From a virus, in IMG/VR virus record IMGVR_UViG_3300025276_000023, positions 1 to 64,000 of that record: 64,000 nucleotides of DNA, one strand, 5' to 3'. Numbering within the stretch: position 1 is the stretch's first letter; each line of letters begins with the position of its first letter. The notes under the pieces are model-generated. The model had not been told where the DNA came from. It worked only from the letters and a program-made list of their open reading frames with translations, and ran no database searches. Positions 8,900 through 20,175 of the stretch are shown piece by piece. A program made the position numbers and the translations under genes.

Positions 8900-11794
8900 A
8901 TGAGCATTAAAGTGAATATGAAAACTGTCTCTGTATCCGCAGAGGTGGAAGACGATATTTTAACCATGATAAAATCTGATGGTTCTAAACAGTTAGTTGG
9001 AAGACTGTCGGGTTATTCTGATTCTGAGTTGGTAAATCCAACAATCGATGAAAACGGTTTTTTGATAACATACGGTCCTGAGAGGAACGTTACTTTAAAA
9101 ATCAAATTTAAACCAACGGCTTCTCGAATAGAAACCACTACTCAAGTGAAAGGTTTTGGTACGTACGAAGACAGTACAGATAAAGATTTTCTATCAGAAA
9201 GAATGGAATCTGGTGGCGATTTGTTAGGAATGACGAATGGTGAAAAATACCTTTACGTTAGAGATAGACCTTTAATGACTAGGGAAGGCGTCACCGCATA
9301 TAGGAACGGCGTCACATGTTCTATTTCATCAGCTACGACGACTTACCCGTACGTACTATCTGAAACCAACAGTACTAACGTCTCTATCTACAGTGCGGAG
9401 CACCATGCCACTTGGATTTTTCCACAGCCGATTAAATTAGCAGGCTTTGTACTTTTTAGTTACCACAACACCTATTTGAACGAAATCTACGTTGAAGTTA
9501 CAGACGATGGTGTAAACTGGTACGAGTTAGGTAATTTCAGACCTGGATATAACGGTCGACTAGCTGACCCTGATAAAATTAATTTCACATTAGATGCCGA
9601 TGGAAACGCTGACGGTATACATTTTCTTGAAAACGTTGTAGTGAGGGGATTGCGAGTAACACCACGTTACGGAAATATTTACCTTATAAAATTTAGCCCG
9701 TTTGTGAATGTTACCGATTTCATGACCGTTACAAACCACAACTATAAAGAAATTAGTATTGATGAAAATATATTTTCTTTAAACGAAACTAACTCAGACA
9801 TTTCTATAAGTTACGCAGATGTAAATAGTACACCGACAGATCTTGGAAATTGTAAGAGTGACGCTAGAAGAATATCTTTTAAGTTTAATAAAGGACAGGT
9901 CTTAAATACTATCTCTGCAATAATATTTGATCAGTTAAATGAATTTGCACCGGGCAAGTCTGCACTGTTTGAATACTCTAATTTTAGAGGGCGCATAACC
10001 TTAGAACCAGGCGACTATCTAATAGATCTGAACCTAGAAATTGTCTTCAGTAACGATTTCAGAAAAAGTAATGAAGATGAGCCAGCTTACTGGCTCATGT
10101 CCATACCTACGGCGTTAGCCATAGAAGATGTAAGTTCAGGTGAGTTATTAACAGATGTTCGTTACACTTATAGTAGAAGCTCTAGTCAATTAACCAATTT
10201 CGTCGACAAAATAACATCACCAGGGCAAAATAGCAATACGATAACGAACATGCTTCTAACTCACTCTAAAACTACGTCATATACTACTCTAAACTATCGA
10301 GGCACAATGGACCTACAATACGACCTGAAAGAGGAACTTGCGCTCACTGGGTTCGTAACTAGAAATCCACTTAGATACAATGGTTTCACGCACATTGAAG
10401 TACATGGAATTAACTCTACTGGTGAGGAAGAAATGCTCTATCCTAAAACAGCGAGGAATACCGCCACAAATGCGATTGAGAAAGTGACATTCGAAAATGA
10501 AAAAAAATACCTTAGTTATAAAGTAAAATTTTATACTCCTAACTCTAATAATGGAATTCTACATTGTCTACCATTGTTTTTAGACGAAAACGAAGAGCCG
10601 GTTCGCTTATCTAAAACCTTTGAATTGAGCTTAAAGGAAGCGACAACTATAGCTGTTCGCCCCATTATAAATTCAAGTGCCACTGCGGATAGAGGTACGC
10701 TAGATATCTACAAACTTAACTACGGTGCATTCGATACATTTACCATGATAAAAGACTTTCAGTTGCCTATTGCTAAATATGAAGAGCTGACTGAACAATT
10801 CACTGGGGAAGTCAGGAAATATAATACATATATAAACATGAATGAAGAAGACCTCGCTGAAAGTACCGGTTTTAGTAGGTTTTTATTAAATCATGAGTAT
10901 CCTCTTTACATAGAGTTGTTTAAAGATACGGTAATATGGCGAGAACCCGATGTCAATAATCGCATATATAACATGCGAAATATAGATATGTATAAATTAG
11001 AAGATGGCGAATTTGTAGATAAGTCTGATGATATATTCATTGAAGGATATAGTCCAATTCCAGGTTTATCTCTATATGACGGAATTAGTCAATATAGTAA
11101 AGTCGACACTGCACCGACAGTGACTACTAACGATTCAAATAAAAATATAAACTATTTGGTTTCCCCTGAAAGTTCTACATATAGATGGTTTTCAAAGTCG
11201 CAGGACGCTAAAGTTACTTTTTTAATTGTATACGATGAACCTATCGAAGTTAATGGATTCTACGAACAGAGTCCGGATAAGACCTTCGAACATTTAGGTA
11301 AAATGTCTGATAACGTATCTGTCTCATATTACGATGTTGAAAAAGGATTTGTAGATGTTGGTAAAATTTCTAAAGATGAAGTATCTTTAGACGGAAGTCG
11401 AAGAACGTGGAAAGAATCAATAACTAATTCTGATGGTGAAATCATTCTCGCGGCTGACATTTCTGAGGAGGATAGAATCTGGGATGAAAAATTAAGATTT
11501 TATCCTTTAGACTCAACGGTTACGTCTGATAGATTTCTCTTCACTCTCGAAGGCTTTCAAGGCAACCCGCTTGCCGTATCTAAATTGGGAGTTTTTTTAG
11601 CAGATGACTATAGTAAGACTTCACAGGTCCTTAATTTTAACGATCTGACAAATCTTGCAGGTGAACAGGTAGGTAAAATCATGCCTATGACAAATATCTT
11701 AACCCCAGGTATCTATAAGTTCGATGCCGCTCAAGGTATGAACTATAGAGTAGAGAAACGCTGGTTCTTAGAACAAGTTTTAAATGAGGATTGA
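8900..11794 (+). CDS. Tail fibre/appendage protein with several discoidin (F5/8-like) domains
   Basis: GAGGAG RBS. Repeated 'F..P..L.G....EV..DG..W' and 'V.GLRV' patterns. N-terminal beta-hairpin repeats shared with neighbours. Confidence 0.6.
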   Translation: MSIKVNMKTVSVSAEVEDDILTMIKSDGSKQLVGRLSGYSDSELVNPTIDENGFLITYGPERNVTLKIKFKPTASRIETTTQVKGFGTYEDSTDKDFLSERMESGGDLLGMTNGEKYLYVRDRPLMTREGVTAYRNGVTCSISSATTTYPYVLSETNSTNVSIYSAEHHATWIFPQPIKLAGFVLFSYHNTYLNEIYVEVTDDGVNWYELGNFRPGYNGRLADPDKINFTLDADGNADGIHFLENVVVRGLRVTPRYGNIYLIKFSPFVNVTDFMTVTNHNYKEISIDENIFSLNETNSDISISYADVNSTPTDLGNCKSDARRISFKFNKGQVLNTISAIIFDQLNEFAPGKSALFEYSNFRGRITLEPGDYLIDLNLEIVFSNDFRKSNEDEPAYWLMSIPTALAIEDVSSGELLTDVRYTYSRSSSQLTNFVDKITSPGQNSNTITNMLLTHSKTTSYTTLNYRGTMDLQYDLKEELALTGFVTRNPLRYNGFTHIEVHGINSTGEEEMLYPKTARNTATNAIEKVTFENEKKYLSYKVKFYTPNSNNGILHCLPLFLDENEEPVRLSKTFELSLKEATTIAVRPIINSSATADRGTLDIYKLNYGAFDTFTMIKDFQLPIAKYEELTEQFTGEVRKYNTYINMNEEDLAESTGFSRFLLNHEYPLYIELFKDTVIWREPDVNNRIYNMRNIDMYKLEDGEFVDKSDDIFIEGYSPIPGLSLYDGISQYSKVDTAPTVTTNDSNKNINYLVSPESSTYRWFSKSQDAKVTFLIVYDEPIEVNGFYEQSPDKTFEHLGKMSDNVSVSYYDVEKGFVDVGKISKDEVSLDGSRRTWKESITNSDGEIILAADISEEDRIWDEKLRFYPLDSTVTSDRFLFTLEGFQGNPLAVSKLGVFLADDYSKTSQVLNFNDLTNLAGEQVGKIMPMTNILTPGIYKFDAAQGMNYRVEKRWFLEQVLNED

Positions 11795-13329
11795 TGATGG
11801 AAACAGGTAAAATGAGGTTGTTGCCAGACTACCTAATCGAGAACGATAGCAATGTAAATGAGTCTAGAGATAAATCAAAGGTTCTTCACTTTGATTACGG
11901 TACCAACGGGTCACTTGTCCGTAATCAAAATCCTTTAGATTCTGGTGACTATCTTCACACTGGCAGAAACGTAAATCTCGCAGTCGACGATGACTGGGAC
12001 CAAGATTATACATTAGAGGTACTTTATATAGGTTCTGTAAATATACTTAATTTCAGAGGCGATAATAAAACTGTTTCAAATACCAGCATAACGGTAAGTA
12101 GAACCAGGCTAACTTACCGTTACTGGACTAGTCAGGTAAATATAGATATAGATCGATATATGACTGACCCTGATTCAGACGGATATACATCACTAACGGT
12201 CGTCAGAGAAGGTAATTACGTACGTTTCTATCAGTACAATAGACAAATATACGGTCTTGCTGTAAGTAATAGATTCACTAGTAAAGCTGTAACTGCTCTA
12301 TCAGGAAGCTACAATATAAAACGCTTTTCTCTTTCAATGGGCGTGGCTCTTCCCCGTGAATTACATTACGATAAGGTTGAGCGTTATACTTCACGTGGCG
12401 CTGCTAACATTAAACTAATCAATCTAAATGAAGATGTTTATGATTCGTCAGTTTTTGATACACGAATGGTAAAAGATGTTTATTCATATACCCAGTATAT
12501 CTTCGTTATCTATAATAATGGTGACGTCGATGCTGCATATCGACCTAGAGGACTCGATAGCGGTGAGAGCATCCGCAATGTTAGCTATGACTATGAGACA
12601 GGGACGTTGTCCATGGGTCTTACGATAGATGGTGCTACTAAAGGTTTTAGCTTTAAACCTGAAATCATCTCCGCTGAAACAAAAGCGATACCTGAGGGTA
12701 AAGGAGTGCTTTCCCAAGAAGGTGTTCATAAACCTTTGCAGTTTGGTGAGGGTTTTAATGTAAGTGATTATGAGGGCGATGACGTTCGCCTCGCCCTACC
12801 GTCAGAAATACAACCAGTCGTAAAAGAAACGCCAAGTATCGTAACGTCTACTGACAATGCGTCTGGACTCCTAGACTATAGAAAACGACTTCTAATGCTA
12901 AGAAGAATTGTTCCGGGCGACGGTTTCCATCCTAAGTTAAATCAGCGTACTGAAACCGGTGAAGAGAAATGGGAAACATTGATGTATGAAACTAATGTGA
13001 CGACCATGCGTTACTTCGACTACATCGACGGTAAATGGATAATTAAAAAGGGTAAATATTATCTGAAAGGCGACTATCCGATATACCGAAACGATAGACG
13101 AACCCATTCCTTTAGAATAAAAGTAGGTAATGCTACAATATTTTCAAGAACGACAGCGACTGAATATCTTGAAAACGCATATGTCTGTAGCGACATAGCC
13201 TTTGAAAAAGTTATTTATATTCTAGAAGACGGCGAGATTACGGTTGAAGAATTTACGCCTGATTTTGGTGGTCTATCTGTCACCAATATAAGTGTCCTGA
13301 TATCTAAAATAGAATTCTTTAAAATTTAA
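11791..13329 (+). CDS. Tail fibre/appendage protein, N-terminal lectin/LamG-like region
   Basis: DYTLEV...SLTVVREGNYVRFY pattern typical of LamG/ConA-like folds; shares modules with flanking fibre genes. Confidence 0.5.
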   Translation: MMMETGKMRLLPDYLIENDSNVNESRDKSKVLHFDYGTNGSLVRNQNPLDSGDYLHTGRNVNLAVDDDWDQDYTLEVLYIGSVNILNFRGDNKTVSNTSITVSRTRLTYRYWTSQVNIDIDRYMTDPDSDGYTSLTVVREGNYVRFYQYNRQIYGLAVSNRFTSKAVTALSGSYNIKRFSLSMGVALPRELHYDKVERYTSRGAANIKLINLNEDVYDSSVFDTRMVKDVYSYTQYIFVIYNNGDVDAAYRPRGLDSGESIRNVSYDYETGTLSMGLTIDGATKGFSFKPEIISAETKAIPEGKGVLSQEGVHKPLQFGEGFNVSDYEGDDVRLALPSEIQPVVKETPSIVTSTDNASGLLDYRKRLLMLRRIVPGDGFHPKLNQRTETGEEKWETLMYETNVTTMRYFDYIDGKWIIKKGKYYLKGDYPIYRNDRRTHSFRIKVGNATIFSRTTATEYLENAYVCSDIAFEKVIYILEDGEITVEEFTPDFGGLSVTNISVLISKIEFFKI

Positions 13330-13338
13330 GGAACTAAA

Positions 13339-16300
13339 ATGTCAAGTAAAACAAACTTAACTGATTTTGACCCAGAACTATTGGGTGAATACTCAGATCT
13401 ACATATAAAAAATATAGTGACGGTAAATGACGGAGATACGTTAGCGATAATCGATTCTAACGACGTCGTTAAAGAAATGGGAGACCTACTTCCCGTACCT
13501 GCAAAAAATCTGACAGATATAGAAGTTAACGAAGATGGCGACCTTATCTTTACTATGGATAACGGTGAGAGTTCGTTCAATGCCGGAATGTTCAATGTAG
13601 TTGAGGACGTAGAAGAGAACTTCCCTCCAGGAGCGGGGGTACTTACTGACAGCGGTATTTTAAAACAGTTCGTCGACACAGATATCTTCAAAGTAGAAGA
13701 GAGCGACGATAAGTTTACAGTTTCTATTAAACCCAATGAAAATGCAGTCGAGATAGACTATGTTAACTTCGAGAATGTTAATAACAAAACACTTCTAGAA
13801 GCGACGACTGAAATAGAAACATATACTGCCACTCGTTTTATTAAAATAGAGGGCAGTAATTATCTCTTTAAAGAAAAAGTTAAATTATTGAAAGGGGATA
13901 ATAAATTTACATTAACCCTAACCTCGTCTGATTCAGTCACTGTCGATGTACTCTTCAAGAGAAGTGGGACAGATACTCTATTTAAGAACTTCCCAATATC
14001 AGTGGGAGTCAGCGCTATAAGTGGCGGCAGTCCTATTGTCAGGTTCTTTAAAGTCCCTGAAGATATGGAAGTTGACATCACTTTCAGATACTCTAGTGAG
14101 AAAGGAACTGCACTATATATAGACTATGATGAAACTTACGCATTTAAGAAAATACAAGTTGCGACGATGTTGATTGAAAAAATTGATATCGATGTTTCCG
14201 ATGTTCCACAGTTCGTAGAGCCTCAAGAATTTGTAAAAATCAAGGAGGACATAGAAGCGGTTGATGCTTATTATGAAATAGCACCAGTCGAGTTTGAAGC
14301 AGAACAGGTACTCACCGGCGTAACTAAGTGGGCATATCGTGAGATGTTTCATCATGGTGATAAAGTATTTTTTATGTGGCATAACGGTGACGATATACAC
14401 GTATTAGATACCGTCACTGGAGAAACAGAGAACATACCGGTCGATGAAGCTAACTATATTCCAGGCAATATGTTCAAGAAAGGAAATTTAATATATATCA
14501 TTGAATACAACAAAGGTAAGGTGAGGACCTTCAATCTCGATACATATGAAATTAAATATACCGACTATAACCGAGCAGGTGGTCCGGGTTTTTGGAACTA
14601 TGCTGAAAATACACCAAGTTACTTTTACTCTTCTGCTAGTGACAATGCCTACCCTTATTACTACAGCCTCGATCCAGAGACAGGTGCGATTGTAGCTAGA
14701 AGTAAAAATGATATTATAAACAACGCACTGAATCGTGAGGCTCTTTTATACTCTGATACATCGTTTGGAACGTCATTCAATCAGTTTCCCGTTTTATATA
14801 CCGTTGGTAACTACGAGTTCGTAGAACGTTGGTGCACTATGGGAAAACTATCCGACGGCTTTAACTGTAACTTTCTTTATGAAAACGATACTGAGATTGG
14901 AGTAATTAAAACCCTACTTCCAGCACCTAGACATAGCGGTAAGAATAACGATGACTATAATTTACATGGCGGATTTACATTTGAAGGTAACGGTGCTGGT
15001 TATATTTCCCCAGCCTGTGATGTATTCACTAGAGAAACTTACGTAATCACTACTAGTGCATATACACCTGATGACATCCATTGGTGGCGAACCTCAACCT
15101 CAGATAATCGCGATATGGTTATAAAAGGTTTTGACTATAAAAATACCATAAGTGAAGCCTCGGCTCGTTCTAGAAATACAGTTAAGGAAATGGGGATATA
15201 TGTAAGTGACAAACCCACCCTTCTTTCTAGTGGATTTTCAATAAGTAGAGGAGAGGGTGTTGCAGCTCCGGTTGGGAACAACGCTGAAGAAAACATGTTG
15301 GGCGATTCTGAGCCTTTAGACAATAGAGATACGTTTGCAGTCCTTAGTGGGATGAAACCGGTTGTGGTGAACCTAAATGCCGACATATTGGTTGAAAGTT
15401 TATCCTTCTCCTCAGTCGATGTCGATGCCAGTAGATATTTAGGAGGACCTGATGACTGTATCGTAGAAACCTCATCTGACGGTGAGACGTGGGAATTTCA
15501 AGAATTTGTGAAAGAGTCCGGAATCATTACTGGCCATCCCGCTAGAAATAATTTCCCAGAGATTGAAGTACTTGGTCTTCGAGTTACTAATTCCGATAGT
15601 TCATTGAGATTTTCGATGACAGGCATATCTCCAATTGAAGTAGTCGATGGCGTGTCTAAGAAAAGAAACATCTTCCCTATAAAGTCGTTTGAAGATACAG
15701 TGGATGGTGAAGATATTGAAATGTCCGACGGTTCCATTTGGAGCAGTAGTCTTGCCCAAGGTCCGACATACGGTATACATACTTTGTTTTCTGATAAGAA
15801 ACAATTGTTATTAGCAAGAAATGGAGAAGATCCGGACTCAGTGCATTTGAAAATAATGTATCCTGAAAAGAGAACGCTGAGTGGAATTTACATCTCTGCT
15901 TATGATGATTATAATCTAGAATATACTCTAGATGGAGAGACGTGGGAACAGTTTCTTGTAACCAATGGGAGCTCAAATAGTAGAAACACGTATACGTCTG
16001 CTATGGGGAACAATACACTTGAAAAAGGACCTGGCGTTCCTGACGATGGTTTATATAGAACAATCACTCTTGAAAATAAGGTACTGTGTTCCCACATAAG
16101 ACTTACCTTTATTAACAGAGCTGGTCGTTCTGTGTTTATTTCACGGTTACGTGTAAATAAACCTAAATTCTCTGACTATCGCTTAATCGATACATTCACG
16201 TCGTCTAGAACTACTTTAGATGAAGGACCAGTGACCAGACATTTGTTCGACGAACCCGTTGTTTGTAAATCAATGATGCTCTCTGTTTTATCTACGTATG

Positions 16301-18333
16301 CTCCAAATATCAAGAGCATACACATTGGCCAATATACACTCCTATCAGACGAGTCTGTTAAATTCACAGGAACTATTTTCAATAAAGAAACTTTCGAATC
16401 TAGAGAGTATCTAAAAGAAATGTCAGTGAGTGAAGAAGGGATTAATATACTTTCAAGCTATATGGTAGAAGGTTGGCGAGGTAATTTCTATAGTTTTTTT
16501 GTAGATGATTCAGATAACTTAAAGGCGATATTAGATTATCGTAATCGCGGCTTAAAAGTTGTTGAAGGAAACTTTGAACAAGTAAGTCAATTGCCCATGG
16601 CCGCTGTAATTTCGCAGAATACTCGACTAATTGTCGGTGACACTGTCTATACAGGAGGTAGTGAACAGGACATCATTGTAAGTAAAATGAACGGTTACTA
16701 TTTTCAGTATAAATTCAAAAGGAAGAACCTGTTATCGCCCTGGGGAAATCTTTCAACGGCCACTGTAACTACTGTGACTGAAGATGAACTCAATCCAGGT
16801 AATTTTTTAATAAATTTAGGTTCATCAGACTTAATCTACGCCAATCCAGTTGAAAATACCATACAACCTATAAACAGGCCAGTGTCGGAAAACTCATTGG
16901 TATGGCAAGCATTTGCTTACCTGGAACCTATTTATGATCATGTGAGAAAGATATACGTCTTAGCGCCAAGGTACGACGAAAGGCTTGTAGCCATCCATGA
17001 AATAGGCGTTGAGGCTAAAAGAAGAAAACGTATAAATCCAATAGACGGTAGCGTAGGATATATGGCGCTTCCTGACTCATTAGATTATCCAGATTCTTTT
17101 GTGCAGATGTTTTTCAATCGACTACAGTACTTAACGTCACCATTTTATGTCAGTAAGCCATTGAATAGAACCGTGCACAACAGTCAGCAATATGGGGAGA
17201 ACTACGGCTTCGCTAGAAGATATATATCTCAACCTGAGTTAATTTTGAAATTTGCTAAACCATTTACTTTAAATGCATTTGACATATTTTCAGAAAAGTA
17301 TATCAGCAACGAACGGTTAACGCCTACAGATTTAAAAATCTACTCTTCAATAGATGGCGTGGACTGGACTCTATTGTTAGATCTCGATTTAAAAGCCATG
17401 GGATATAACAATGCCGCTATATGGTACGAAAGACAGAATGTCCCTAGGACGACTGTAAAATATCTTAAACTGACTAGTACGACTTCTCAATACGCTACTT
17501 CAATTGACTTTGGAGCCGTAGTACCATTGATAGATGAAGAAATGTTCATAACCGATGAATACAACAGATCTACTATTTACGGGGATGAGATATTGGAAGA
17601 GAACTTCCCTAATGGAGCGTTCCCATCTAACAAAACCAAATTCAGAAGTGTTTCAAAGGCATCGGATACTAAATACATACTGAGGGGTCCGATAAGTGCC
17701 ATATACGACATTGAAACCGGTCTATTAAGTGAATTGTCAGACGTTGACGCAAAGCCTGATATTCTGGTAATAAAAAGCTTCCAGGGCACCGATGGTAGAA
17801 CTATCTTGCTAGATAATAACGGTTTTCTATTCTATCAATTAGAGAACGGTTTACTTGAGAAGATAGACATAGAACTGCCTTATGATCTGTATAGAGTAAC
17901 GCCATTACTATATGGAAATTATTTCTTTACAGGCCACAGCAAAACAGATGCCTTCATTATCAATTTTGTTACCGGCGAGTTAAAAAAATTCACCATAGGT
18001 GCTGCCCACATACCTAAAAATACCGGACCCGTAACCTATGTTTCTGGCGATGATGTTTACGCAATACCCATGAAGTCGATTGGTACTGGTGGTGACATTT
18101 TAAAATTTGATATCTCAGGTGGTCCTAGAGTTGAGACTTTAAACGCCATTAACGTATCTAACCCCTATGGATTTAACTTTAGTAGAATATTGTCAAATGG
18201 AGATATTTTACTCATTACTCACGTAACCAACTCAGTTCCACTCGCTAATAACTACATTCTAAAAGCAAAGGACTATGTTTTACCGGAAGGATATGAAGAG
18301 GTGATTAAAAGAATTAATAAAATGGGGTCTTAA
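13339..18333 (+). CDS. Large tail fibre/receptor-binding protein with discoidin-like domains and beta-propeller-like segments
   Basis: 1664 aa. ETSSDGETW, EYTLDGETW and YSSIDGVDW motifs; repeated 'xDxxTG' blade-like motifs. Confidence 0.65.
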   Translation: MSSKTNLTDFDPELLGEYSDLHIKNIVTVNDGDTLAIIDSNDVVKEMGDLLPVPAKNLTDIEVNEDGDLIFTMDNGESSFNAGMFNVVEDVEENFPPGAGVLTDSGILKQFVDTDIFKVEESDDKFTVSIKPNENAVEIDYVNFENVNNKTLLEATTEIETYTATRFIKIEGSNYLFKEKVKLLKGDNKFTLTLTSSDSVTVDVLFKRSGTDTLFKNFPISVGVSAISGGSPIVRFFKVPEDMEVDITFRYSSEKGTALYIDYDETYAFKKIQVATMLIEKIDIDVSDVPQFVEPQEFVKIKEDIEAVDAYYEIAPVEFEAEQVLTGVTKWAYREMFHHGDKVFFMWHNGDDIHVLDTVTGETENIPVDEANYIPGNMFKKGNLIYIIEYNKGKVRTFNLDTYEIKYTDYNRAGGPGFWNYAENTPSYFYSSASDNAYPYYYSLDPETGAIVARSKNDIINNALNREALLYSDTSFGTSFNQFPVLYTVGNYEFVERWCTMGKLSDGFNCNFLYENDTEIGVIKTLLPAPRHSGKNNDDYNLHGGFTFEGNGAGYISPACDVFTRETYVITTSAYTPDDIHWWRTSTSDNRDMVIKGFDYKNTISEASARSRNTVKEMGIYVSDKPTLLSSGFSISRGEGVAAPVGNNAEENMLGDSEPLDNRDTFAVLSGMKPVVVNLNADILVESLSFSSVDVDASRYLGGPDDCIVETSSDGETWEFQEFVKESGIITGHPARNNFPEIEVLGLRVTNSDSSLRFSMTGISPIEVVDGVSKKRNIFPIKSFEDTVDGEDIEMSDGSIWSSSLAQGPTYGIHTLFSDKKQLLLARNGEDPDSVHLKIMYPEKRTLSGIYISAYDDYNLEYTLDGETWEQFLVTNGSSNSRNTYTSAMGNNTLEKGPGVPDDGLYRTITLENKVLCSHIRLTFINRAGRSVFISRLRVNKPKFSDYRLIDTFTSSRTTLDEGPVTRHLFDEPVVCKSMMLSVLSTYAPNIKSIHIGQYTLLSDESVKFTGTIFNKETFESREYLKEMSVSEEGINILSSYMVEGWRGNFYSFFVDDSDNLKAILDYRNRGLKVVEGNFEQVSQLPMAAVISQNTRLIVGDTVYTGGSEQDIIVSKMNGYYFQYKFKRKNLLSPWGNLSTATVTTVTEDELNPGNFLINLGSSDLIYANPVENTIQPINRPVSENSLVWQAFAYLEPIYDHVRKIYVLAPRYDERLVAIHEIGVEAKRRKRINPIDGSVGYMALPDSLDYPDSFVQMFFNRLQYLTSPFYVSKPLNRTVHNSQQYGENYGFARRYISQPELILKFAKPFTLNAFDIFSEKYISNERLTPTDLKIYSSIDGVDWTLLLDLDLKAMGYNNAAIWYERQNVPRTTVKYLKLTSTTSQYATSIDFGAVVPLIDEEMFITDEYNRSTIYGDEILEENFPNGAFPSNKTKFRSVSKASDTKYILRGPISAIYDIETGLLSELSDVDAKPDILVIKSFQGTDGRTILLDNNGFLFYQLENGLLEKIDIELPYDLYRVTPLLYGNYFFTGHSKTDAFIINFVTGELKKFTIGAAHIPKNTGPVTYVSGDDVYAIPMKSIGTGGDILKFDISGGPRVETLNAINVSNPYGFNFSRILSNGDILLITHVTNSVPLANNYILKAKDYVLPEGYEEVIKRINKMGS

Positions 18334-18371
18334 TGACCCCTTTCCACAATACTTAAAGAAGAGGTAGTCAA

Positions 18372-18626
18372 ATGGCTAGTATAGATACAACTCGTTTCAA
18401 TGAGGCTATGGATAGAATAGAAGCCGATGAAGCAATATATAGCACATATCTAACTGGAAGTAGAGATACTTTAATTCCAGTTGAAGGTGGGAACTTAATG
18501 ACACTTAAGGGTGTTGAAGCAAGATTGTTACAGAGCGAATTAGATGCCAATCAGTTCGTTGTCCAGATATCTGAAAAGATGGACGGTGTAGTAATTACAG
18601 AAACAGAAACACCTGACGCAGGTTAA
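18372..18626 (+). CDS. Small acidic virion-associated protein
   Basis: GAGG RBS; within the structural operon. Confidence 0.6.
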   Translation: MASIDTTRFNEAMDRIEADEAIYSTYLTGSRDTLIPVEGGNLMTLKGVEARLLQSELDANQFVVQISEKMDGVVITETETPDAG

Positions 18627-18640
18627 TTGGAGATTCCTTA

Positions 18641-19645
18641 ATGTCATTAATAAACGAAGAAAACAAAACTAAGTTTTTCTCATCTTTTCAATCGCTTGTC
18701 GATTACTTACTAGAGAATTCAGGAATTCAAGAAGAAGACTTACCTCCTATTCTTACGGCTTTCTTAACGAGTAATTTGGCAAGTGAAGAAGATGTTAGCA
18801 ACTTTACCAATGTAGATAAAGTAATTACTGTAGCGACAGCTCAGCAATCTGCTCGTAAAGCAATTGAAGAATGGGTACAATTAGCACCTGATTCTCTAGA
18901 CACTCTACAGGAGATTGCAACGGCTTTACAGAACGATCCTGATATCTTACAAAAGATGTTTGACTTAATAGCTGGCAAAGCCAATCAGTCTGATATAGAT
19001 AAGCGTCAAGTCTATTCTAATATAGATTTCAGCTCAGCTAGTTGGGATGCGTTCTTTACATTCGGGGCAGGTGGTCTATCATCTAAGCCATCAGCGATAT
19101 ACCACGGCGTTGCTACTACTAAACGTCTTAGAATTGCAGATCAGTACCCGAACGTTCCAGAAGCTGAAAAGTGTAATGTTACGGTCAGTATTTCTACTGA
19201 GCAATATCGAATACTAACGCTAACCGAAGGTAATGTTATTGGTGACGCTATACGTTTGCCAGTAAATCATTTAAATCAAGTTGCAAAACTTCACTTCGTT
19301 AAGAACGACGTACTTTACCCAGTCGAGTTAGACGCTATCGATTCGTCAAGTGAAACTGAATTATTAATCACCGGTACGGATTGGATTGCAGACGACGTAA
19401 TTACAATGATTTTCATTACCCATGTAAATATGGAAATGACAAAGCGCGTATTCGTAAATGTTGCGACTCAAGCTCAAGGTGCTGATTTTTACAGAACTGC
19501 TAAGATCCATAACGGTTCTTTACAGACAGAGAACATCCTTGAAGCTAACGTGTGGCGCAGTAGTTCACTTGATTTATCGTATACGATAGAGACGATAATT
19601 TCTGCAATCAACGAAGCCATCCCAGACACGGACGAACCGACTTAA
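18641..19645 (+). CDS. Tail fibre-related protein
   Basis: APDSLDTLQEIATALQNDP is a motif common in phage tail-fibre shafts. Confidence 0.6.
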   Translation: MSLINEENKTKFFSSFQSLVDYLLENSGIQEEDLPPILTAFLTSNLASEEDVSNFTNVDKVITVATAQQSARKAIEEWVQLAPDSLDTLQEIATALQNDPDILQKMFDLIAGKANQSDIDKRQVYSNIDFSSASWDAFFTFGAGGLSSKPSAIYHGVATTKRLRIADQYPNVPEAEKCNVTVSISTEQYRILTLTEGNVIGDAIRLPVNHLNQVAKLHFVKNDVLYPVELDAIDSSSETELLITGTDWIADDVITMIFITHVNMEMTKRVFVNVATQAQGADFYRTAKIHNGSLQTENILEANVWRSSSLDLSYTIETIISAINEAIPDTDEPT

Positions 19646-19659
19646 TTAGGAGGTAGACC

Positions 19660-20175
19660 ATGTCTAGTAAATTAGATTTATTGAACATAATAAACCAGTT
19701 CCTCATTCAGAAAGGAGAAAGTTTACAGGAAGAAGAAGTTACATTACATCCTCCTGTAAAGCTTTCTGAAGTAGTGGCTAGAGCGTACGATAGAAATACC
19801 AGGATTAAAATTTCATCAATTGCTGATCCGGAAGACGTCGCTGTAGTCTACTATAATCGTTTAGATTTACCAATTTTATTCGGAGCTGAACAAGTTCCCG
19901 TAGATATAGATTTTTATACAGTAGAGGAAGCAGTTGCAAGACTCAACTCTCTCTACGACATTGAAATCGAAATGGGCGATTTAAAGAATTTCGAAATGCT
20001 GACTGGTTACAAAGCAAAAATAGTCATTGGCCAGTCATATAAGTTCATTGAAGATAGTGAACTCATAATTTATCCCAAAACAGATTTAACATACATTGAA
20101 GACTTCTCTGATCGTTTTCATAACTATATACATTTTACCCTACCAACTACTCTAGAAGGAGTTCCAGATGAGTGA
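19660..20175 (+). CDS. Virion protein with 'RNTRI...YNRLDL' domain
   Basis: AGGAGG RBS; motif recurrent in phiKZ-family tail proteins. Confidence 0.55.
   Translation: MSSKLDLLNIINQFLIQKGESLQEEEVTLHPPVKLSEVVARAYDRNTRIKISSIADPEDVAVVYYNRLDLPILFGAEQVPVDIDFYTVEEAVARLNSLYDIEIEMGDLKNFEMLTGYKAKIVIGQSYKFIEDSELIIYPKTDLTYIEDFSDRFHNYIHFTLPTTLEGVPDE

Noticed and set aside
13326-13736. Antisense ORFs inside long genes (this one and many others of 60-136 aa)
   Set aside because: Shadow frames caused by codon bias; Ser/Thr/Ile-rich and without RBS
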